This document shows positions 57,639 to 64,000 of a DNA stretch of 64,000 nucleotides, in pieces. The stretch is from Candidatus Marinacidobacterales bacterium (lineage in GTDB: Bacteria > Acidobacteriota > Vicinamibacteria > Marinacidobacterales > DATDRI01): assembly GCA_965226495.1 (NCBI GenBank), contig OZ245365.1:928001-992000 (forward strand). The letters are read 5' to 3'. The translations under genes and the position numbers were made by a program. Position 1 is the stretch's first letter; each line of letters starts with the position of its first letter. A model generated the notes under the pieces. That model did not search any database. It saw only the letters and a program-made list of their open reading frames with translations, and was not told the DNA's origin.

Positions 57639-60085
57639 TGCGAGCCGTGAAGTGCCGTGTCGCGTGTTGCCTGATGTTCGCCCTCGCCGGATCGGTGACG
57701 TCCTCGTACGCGCAGTGGACGAATCGCTATCCGAAGCTTGCGGGTTACAGAAGCCATCTCTACATGGCAGGTTACGAGCTACCCGTGATGGGCGCCGGAC
57801 CGAGCGATCCGGCGCCGTCGCCGGACACTAGGAGCCTGGCGATTTCAGCGCGGGGATGGATCTGGCTCCTCGACCTGTCGTCGCGGGAGGCCCGCCGCGT
57901 GACAAAGGGCCAGGGCATGGACTCGAGACCGGCCTGGTCGCCAGACGGGGAGCACCTGGCGTTCGTCAGGGACGACGGAAGTGACACTTCCATCGTTGGG
58001 TTGGATTTGCGCAACGGCACAGAGACAGTCCTCGTCGACACGGCTGGGCTCGACCTCGATCCCACATTCTCTCGGGATGGGCGCTCTCTGTTGTACAGCT
58101 CCGCCGAAGCAGGTGATCTCGATCTGTGGCGCCTCGAGCTGGCGACGGGCGCGAAGACCCGTTTGACGACCGAGAAGGGGCTGGAGCTCAAGCCGTCGCC
58201 GCTTCCGGACGATCTCCGGCTCGTCTACTTGAGAAAGAAACGCGGCGCTCAGGACGCGGTCTGTCTTCTGGACACGCGGGATGGCAGCACGCGGGTTCTG
58301 GAGGAGGCGGGCATCGCGTCCCAGACCCGGCCCGCCTTGAGCCCGGATGGACGGAGTCTCGTCGTGAACTTGCCCGGTGCCGGTAGCTGGAATCTTTGGC
58401 TGAGAGACCTAGAGGGTGGGTCGAAGATCCACTTGGCGCCGGAGACCCATCTGGCGTTGACGCCCGCTTGGAGCGCCGACGGGGCCGATATCTATTTCGT
58501 CGAGGCCGACGAGCGCCAGCGCTTCCATGTGTACGAGATCGCCGCGTCGGGCGGAGAGGTCCGCGACGTGTCACCGATCGCGTGGAACTGGGGAGAAGAG
58601 GTAGGCCGCCTTACCATCACGACACGCCTGGCAGGCGAGGCGGGGGCCGTTCCCGCACGCCTGGCGATATTCGATCGAGATGGGCATCCGGTGCTTCCGG
58701 AGCAGGGCCAAGCGCGATTCGATCTCCAGAACGGCATTGTTTACAGCTACTCTTCAGGTGTTACGACCGTCGACGTTCCTCCTGGGGAGGTGCGGGTGAC
58801 CGCGACGCACGGCTTTACTGCACCGCCGGTATCGGTAACCCGCACCGTCGGCGCCGGCGAAACGACAGCGGTGGAGCTAGAACTTACGCGCATGTGGGAT
58901 CCGTCGTCCGCGGGCTGGTACTCGGGCGATCATCACATCCATCTGGATTGGGGTGGAACTTACAAGTTGGTTCCCGAAGATTTCGTGATCCCTCTTCAGG
59001 CGGAGGACGTCGACGTGGCGACGCCGGTGGCGGCGAGCCTGGATGTACGCATCAAGGATCTCGAATGGTGGGGTTGGAGCAGGCTCGACGCGGGTACTCC
59101 CTTGATCGTATTCGGTCAGGAGGTCCGTCCGCATTTTTTCGGACACACCGCGTTCATCGGTATCGCGTCGCGTTTCTGGCCGAACTATTGGGGGCCCAGG
59201 TATCCGGTCTATCGAAACGCGGATATCCTCAAGGCGGACGCGCATGACCATGCCCACAAACAGGGGGGCTTCAGCTACTACGTGCACCCGGTTTCCACCG
59301 CCAATCCGTTCCCGAAAGATGCCAGCCCTACTGGAATACCTATGGAACTCGTGCCCGATGCCGTCCTCGGCGATCTCGACGGGCTCGAGATCGTGTGCCT
59401 GTGGAGCGACTCACTCGGCACGAGCGCAGCATGGCACCGCCTGCTGAACCTAGGGTTGAACATCGTGCCCACCGGAGGGAGCGACGCTCTCCTCGATTGG
59501 TACCGCAGCATGAGCGTGGGCTCGGCCCGGGTCTATGCACGGGTCGACGGGCCTTTGAACCTCGGTAGCTACATGGCGGCGCTCAGGGCCGGCAGAACGT
59601 TCGTTACCAACGGTCCGCTGATGCAGTTCGTTGTGGATGGGCAGGAGGCGGGAGGCGTCGTGCAACCGAGTAGCGAGGTGGATTGGGCGCTAAAGATGTG
59701 GTCTCCGGCGCCGGTCGAGAAGATTGAGGTTCTGGTGAATGGCGATGTCGTCTGGGAGGGATCCGGCTTTACGGCCGCTGGCGAGAAGAGTTTCGGCGGC
59801 CGAGTGAAAACGCCCGCCGGCGGATGGATCGCGGCGCGCGCCTACGGAGGACCGACCGCCTGGCCGATCATGGACGGGATGCCATATGCGCACAGCGCGC
59901 CGATCTGGTTCGGCAACGTCGGCAGCCGTGATGCCGATGCCGCCCGCCGTGCAGCGAGCGACCTGCTGCGGTGGATGGACGTTGCCGACGCCCGGCTGGC
60001 CGAAAATTATGGCGACACGCCAATCCCCAGAATCAGGGAGAGATTCGCGGCCACGCGGGAGAGGCTCGAAGAGCTCGCTCGATGA
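57635..60085 (+). CDS. TolB-like PD40 propeller fused to a CehA/McbA-family (PHP-like) metallohydrolase
   Basis: PAWSPDG repeats; WYSGDHHIH, GQEVR..FFGH, YVHP, GGSD, GRTFVTNGP, WIAAR, AHSAPIW. Confidence 0.8.
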   Translation: MMRAVKCRVACCLMFALAGSVTSSYAQWTNRYPKLAGYRSHLYMAGYELPVMGAGPSDPAPSPDTRSLAISARGWIWLLDLSSREARRVTKGQGMDSRPAWSPDGEHLAFVRDDGSDTSIVGLDLRNGTETVLVDTAGLDLDPTFSRDGRSLLYSSAEAGDLDLWRLELATGAKTRLTTEKGLELKPSPLPDDLRLVYLRKKRGAQDAVCLLDTRDGSTRVLEEAGIASQTRPALSPDGRSLVVNLPGAGSWNLWLRDLEGGSKIHLAPETHLALTPAWSADGADIYFVEADERQRFHVYEIAASGGEVRDVSPIAWNWGEEVGRLTITTRLAGEAGAVPARLAIFDRDGHPVLPEQGQARFDLQNGIVYSYSSGVTTVDVPPGEVRVTATHGFTAPPVSVTRTVGAGETTAVELELTRMWDPSSAGWYSGDHHIHLDWGGTYKLVPEDFVIPLQAEDVDVATPVAASLDVRIKDLEWWGWSRLDAGTPLIVFGQEVRPHFFGHTAFIGIASRFWPNYWGPRYPVYRNADILKADAHDHAHKQGGFSYYVHPVSTANPFPKDASPTGIPMELVPDAVLGDLDGLEIVCLWSDSLGTSAAWHRLLNLGLNIVPTGGSDALLDWYRSMSVGSARVYARVDGPLNLGSYMAALRAGRTFVTNGPLMQFVVDGQEAGGVVQPSSEVDWALKMWSPAPVEKIEVLVNGDVVWEGSGFTAAGEKSFGGRVKTPAGGWIAARAYGGPTAWPIMDGMPYAHSAPIWFGNVGSRDADAARRAASDLLRWMDVADARLAENYGDTPIPRIRERFAATRERLEELAR

Positions 60086-60153
60086 GGCAGGTCGAGAGCG
60101 TTTGACACGCTTCCATTGAGACTGCTAGATCCACCAAACCGGAGGAACCGAAC

Positions 60154-62277
60154 ATGATAGGCATGATAGGCATGAAAGGCATGAGAGGACCCCGGCTCGG
60201 GGTGCTTTCCGCGGTGTTGGTCGTCGGAACCCTGCTCACGGACAGCGCGTCGTCCGCGCAGATGGCATCTTCCGAACCGGAGGGGCGGCCGGGGTCGATC
60301 GAGATCGAGCCTTCACTACTCGTATTGGAGGTCGGCGACAAGGCGCAATTGAAAGCGGTCGTCAAAGATGCGGATGGTACGGTTCTTCCTGACGCCCAAG
60401 TGATCTTTTTCTCCGGCGCGAGGGACTCGGTCGGTGTCACACCGGCCGGGCTCGTCCAGGCCTACCGTCCGGGAAAGCACAAGCTCACTGCCCTCTCTCC
60501 CCTGAATCCGTTCGAGGGTGACGCCGACAGTTACAGTCGAGGCGAACCAGGCATCCGAGCCACGGTGGTGGTGACCGTACCGTTACCGCCGCTGGCCCGC
60601 TTGGAGTTCGTGAACGTACCGGCCGTTCTCTACACCGGCGCGAGCGTTCCGGTCCGTCTGACGGCGACCGACACCAGTGGAGCGATACGCCGGGACGCTC
60701 GTCCGACACTAAAGGTCGACGATGGGACGGTGGCCGCGACGGATGGGTTCGGCGAAGTCACCGGCCTGAAACCGGGCAAGGTGACACTGACCGCGTCCGC
60801 CGAGGCCGCCGAGGCGGACCTCGAATTGACGATCAAAGAGAACCCGATTCGCTCCGTCGAGCTGACGGCTTCGCTCGACAAGGCGCGCACCGGCGACGTC
60901 GTTCACTTCCGAGCCACCGCGAAAGACGCTCGAGGAAAGATCGTAGCCGACGCTCCTCTTAGTTTCTCGCTTCAGGCTCGGCCCGATCCCAACCTTGCCG
61001 AGTCGATCGGCGCGGGCGCTTCCGCCCAGGTGGCTCCCGATGGTCGCTTCGTTGCCGAGCAGCCCGGTATCTACACCGTCGTCGCCTGGTCCGGCAAGGA
61101 GATGGCCCGCCGGAGCATTCAGATTACACCCCGCAACGTGAGGCGAAAGATCGAGCTGGTGGGGCACGCGCCGGTTCGGGATCGGGTGACCTCGGACCTC
61201 TGGGTGTGGGAAGGCGTCGATGGCCGTGACTATGCGGTGCACGGCACGTGGAACGCGGACGGCCACGCGTATTTCTACGACGTGACCGATCCGTCCAACA
61301 TGCAAAAGATCGACATCGTGCAGGTGGACGCGCGGACGGTCAACGACGTCAAAGTGTCGGAGGACGGTCGGATCTGCGTGATCAGTCGTGAAGGCGCCTC
61401 GAACCGGCGGAACGGCATCGTGATCCTGGACGTGAGCGATCCGCGAAACGTCAGAATTCTTTCCCAGTTCGACGATCAACTAACGGGAGGGGTGCACAAC
61501 ATCTTCGTTCACGACCAACACGTCTATGCGGTGAACAACGGGCGGCGTTGGGACGTGATCAACATCGAGGATCCGGCCAAGCCGGTTCGGGTGGGCCGAT
61601 TCGAGAGCGCCACCCCGGGCCGCTCGGTGCACGATGTCTGGGTCCGTGACGGCGTCGCCTACCAGGCCGGTCGTACCGATGGTCTCATCATGGTGGATGT
61701 CGGGGGAGGTGGCCAAGGGGGCTCGCCGGCACGTCCGGTGGAAATGGGACGGATGGAGCAGTTGACCGACTGGAACCATGCGGTATGGCCGTTCCAGAGC
61801 AAATCGGCCGGCAAGTTCTACGTGGTCGGCGGCGACGAGGCCTTTTGGGACAACCCGCTCGCACCCGGCGTCGGGATCAGTTGGAAGGAACGGGTTCCGT
61901 CGTACGCCATGGGATGGCTTCATTTCGTGGAGTTCGACGATCCGAAGTATCCGCGGGAGGTGGCCCGTTACCAGGTGCCGGAATCGGGGCCGCACAACCT
62001 CTGGATCGATTGGGAGAACGAGGTGATGTACGTGGCTCACTTCGAAGCAGGCCTCCGGGTGGTGGACATTTCCGGGGAGCTCATGGGCGACCTGTACCGG
62101 CAGGGGCGCGAGATCGCCAAGTTTTACTCCGACGACACCAAAGGGTTTATTCCCAATGCGCCCTTCGCTTGGGGACCGCAGCCCCATAAGGGGCATATTT
62201 TCTTCGCCGATCTTTATAGCGGGCTTTGGGCGGTTCGATTGGTGCCCCCCGAAGAAACCGAGGCAGAAACGCCTTAA
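60154..62277 (+). CDS. Exported Ig-like (Big_2) + LVIVD-repeat propeller protein, paralog 1
   Basis: RBS GGAGG; Ig-like repeats (VTGLKPGKVTLTAS); GIVILDVSDP, GLIMVDV, GLRVVDIS. Confidence 0.8.
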   Translation: MIGMIGMKGMRGPRLGVLSAVLVVGTLLTDSASSAQMASSEPEGRPGSIEIEPSLLVLEVGDKAQLKAVVKDADGTVLPDAQVIFFSGARDSVGVTPAGLVQAYRPGKHKLTALSPLNPFEGDADSYSRGEPGIRATVVVTVPLPPLARLEFVNVPAVLYTGASVPVRLTATDTSGAIRRDARPTLKVDDGTVAATDGFGEVTGLKPGKVTLTASAEAAEADLELTIKENPIRSVELTASLDKARTGDVVHFRATAKDARGKIVADAPLSFSLQARPDPNLAESIGAGASAQVAPDGRFVAEQPGIYTVVAWSGKEMARRSIQITPRNVRRKIELVGHAPVRDRVTSDLWVWEGVDGRDYAVHGTWNADGHAYFYDVTDPSNMQKIDIVQVDARTVNDVKVSEDGRICVISREGASNRRNGIVILDVSDPRNVRILSQFDDQLTGGVHNIFVHDQHVYAVNNGRRWDVINIEDPAKPVRVGRFESATPGRSVHDVWVRDGVAYQAGRTDGLIMVDVGGGGQGGSPARPVEMGRMEQLTDWNHAVWPFQSKSAGKFYVVGGDEAFWDNPLAPGVGISWKERVPSYAMGWLHFVEFDDPKYPREVARYQVPESGPHNLWIDWENEVMYVAHFEAGLRVVDISGELMGDLYRQGREIAKFYSDDTKGFIPNAPFAWGPQPHKGHIFFADLYSGLWAVRLVPPEETEAETP

Positions 62278-62289
62278 GGGAGGAGACCG

Positions 62290-64000
62290 ATGAAAGCCGT
62301 GATTGTGGGCTCCTTGCTCGTGGTGATCTCCGCCGGGCTTCAAAACGCCGATGAGCCGGCATCGATAGAAGTGCGTCCTGCCTCGCTCACGTTGAGAGTC
62401 GGGGAGAAAGCTACTCTCGAGGCGGTGGTGAAGAATCAGGCTGGTACGGTGCTCGAGGACGCCCCGGTGATTTTTTTCGCCACCGGGATGTCATCTTCGA
62501 TCACGGCTACTCCGGCAGGCATCGTGACCGGGCATCGGACGGGAGAGAACGATGTCGTGGCGCTCTCGCCCTCGGGCATTCGAGCGGATTCCGATCTGTA
62601 CCGCGAAGGGGATCCCGGTGTCCGGATCCGAATCCCGGTGAAAGTGCTGCCGTCTCCGGTCGCCCGGCTCGAGTTCAAAGATCTCCCAGCGAGTCTCTAC
62701 GTTGGCATGACAGTGCCGGTGAGGGTGACAGGGGCGGACGCGGGACAGCGAGAGCGGGACGTACGGGCGGAACTTCGTGTGAGTGACCCGGAGATGGCCG
62801 CTGTTTCTATGTTCGGGCCGGAGTTCCAAGGTTCATCCGACTCTCACCCGTTCTACTACCGGCCGCGACCCGAGCTCTACCCGGGAGAGGCCGCCGGAAT
62901 CCTTACCGCGGTCCGCCCGGGCACGTTGACCCTAACAGCTTCCACCGCCGACGGCGTCCGGGTCGATCGACAACTGACGGTCAAACCCAGCCCGGTAGGC
63001 ACACTCGAGCTGACCGCTTCCCGCGATGAAGCGCGCACCGGCGACGTCGTTCACTTCAAAGCGACCGCCCGAGATTCCGGAGGTCAGACGATCGTGGACG
63101 CACCGGTTCGCTTCGCGCTCCAGAGCTGGCCCGATCCGAGTCGCGCCAGAACGGTCGGCGCGGGAGCCGCGGGCCAGTTGGCGCCCGACGGTCGTTTCGT
63201 GGCTGAGCAGCCGGGTGTTTACACCGTGGTGGCGACCTCCGGAGCTCAAATGGCCGAGCGGAGCGTGCGGGTCACGCCGCGCAACGTGGAACGAACGATC
63301 GAGCTCGTGGGGCACGCGCCGGTGCGGGACCGGGTGACCTCGGACCTCTGGGTATGGGAGGGGATCGACGGCCGCGACTACGCTGTGCATGGCACCTGGA
63401 ACGCCGATGGACATGCGTACTTCTATGATGTCACCGATCCGTCCAACATGCAACGCATCGACATCGTGCAGGTCGACGCGCGCACCGTGAACGACGTCAA
63501 AGTCTCCGAGGACGGCCGGATCTGCGTCATCAGCCGCGAAGGTGCGTCGAATCGGCGGAACGGTTTGGTCATCCTCGACGTCAGCGATCCGCGGAACGTC
63601 AAAATTCTCTCCCGGTTCGACGATCAGTTGACCGGCGGCGTGCACAACGTCTTCATCCACGACAACCACGTCTATGCGGTGAACAACGGGCGGCGTTGGG
63701 ACGCCATCAACATCGAAGATCCGGCCAAGCCGGTGCGGGTGGGTCGATTCGAGACTCAGACCCCGGGCCGCGCGGTGCATGACGTGTGGGTCCAAGACGG
63801 CATCGCCTACCAGGCCGGAAACACCGATGCGCTCATCTTGATCGACGTCGGAGGAGGCGGTCAGGGTGGCTCCCCGGCTCGCCCCGTGGAGATGGCCCGG
63901 ATGCCTCAGCTGACCGGGTGGAACCATTCGGTCTCGCCGTTTCTCAGCAAGTCGGCAGGGAAGTTCTATGTCGTTGGAGGTGACGAAGCGCATCCTCTCA
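62290..64000 (+). CDS. Ig-like + LVIVD-repeat protein, paralog 2 (3'-partial; absent from the ORF track because it runs off the window)
   Basis: RBS GGAGGAG, ATG 62290, MKAVIVGSLLVV..ASIEVRPASLTL; propeller region closely matches 61150-61840. Confidence 0.85.
   Translation, partial: MKAVIVGSLLVVISAGLQNADEPASIEVRPASLTLRVGEKATLEAVVKNQAGTVLEDAPVIFFATGMSSSITATPAGIVTGHRTGENDVVALSPSGIRADSDLYREGDPGVRIRIPVKVLPSPVARLEFKDLPASLYVGMTVPVRVTGADAGQRERDVRAELRVSDPEMAAVSMFGPEFQGSSDSHPFYYRPRPELYPGEAAGILTAVRPGTLTLTASTADGVRVDRQLTVKPSPVGTLELTASRDEARTGDVVHFKATARDSGGQTIVDAPVRFALQSWPDPSRARTVGAGAAGQLAPDGRFVAEQPGVYTVVATSGAQMAERSVRVTPRNVERTIELVGHAPVRDRVTSDLWVWEGIDGRDYAVHGTWNADGHAYFYDVTDPSNMQRIDIVQVDARTVNDVKVSEDGRICVISREGASNRRNGLVILDVSDPRNVKILSRFDDQLTGGVHNVFIHDNHVYAVNNGRRWDAINIEDPAKPVRVGRFETQTPGRAVHDVWVQDGIAYQAGNTDALILIDVGGGGQGGSPARPVEMARMPQLTGWNHSVSPFLSKSAGKFYVVGGDEAHPL

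Overview
GC-rich bacterial window, most likely Acidobacteriota (Vicinamibacteria-like). This is inferred from the Acidobacterial-type VWA protein, the Oar-type TonB receptor and the 'MIGRTLSHY' Ser/Thr kinases. The first ~44 kb is a cluster of exported hydrolases, nearly all present as paralogs: four ~1400-aa M14-fold metalloenzymes, two GGT-family Ntn hydrolases, two S9 peptidases, two DUF5916 outer-membrane proteins, a VPS10/BNR protein and an esterase. It also holds a 5'-truncated TonB receptor, an OPA-type MFS transporter, and CitE-, MmgE/PrpD- and proline-racemase-family enzymes. Most of these enzymes keep their catalytic core but have lost the canonical substrate-recognition residues, which suggests an undescribed catabolic locus for an unusual acyl-amide or peptide substrate. 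The paralogs are mosaics of one another. 44-48.5 kb is a small accessory patch (vapBC, a possibly internally deleted nucleotidyltransferase pair, DUF3052, a methyltransferase, a frameshifted CapA gene). 48.5-57 kb encodes TPR and VWA proteins and two receptor kinases with near-identical sensor halves; a ~155-bp structured leader is duplicated in front of two unrelated genes. The window ends with DUF642, TolB-like/CehA-McbA and tandem Ig/LVIVD genes. I saw no rRNA, tRNA, CRISPR array or transposase. All family calls come from motif recognition by eye, not from database searches.
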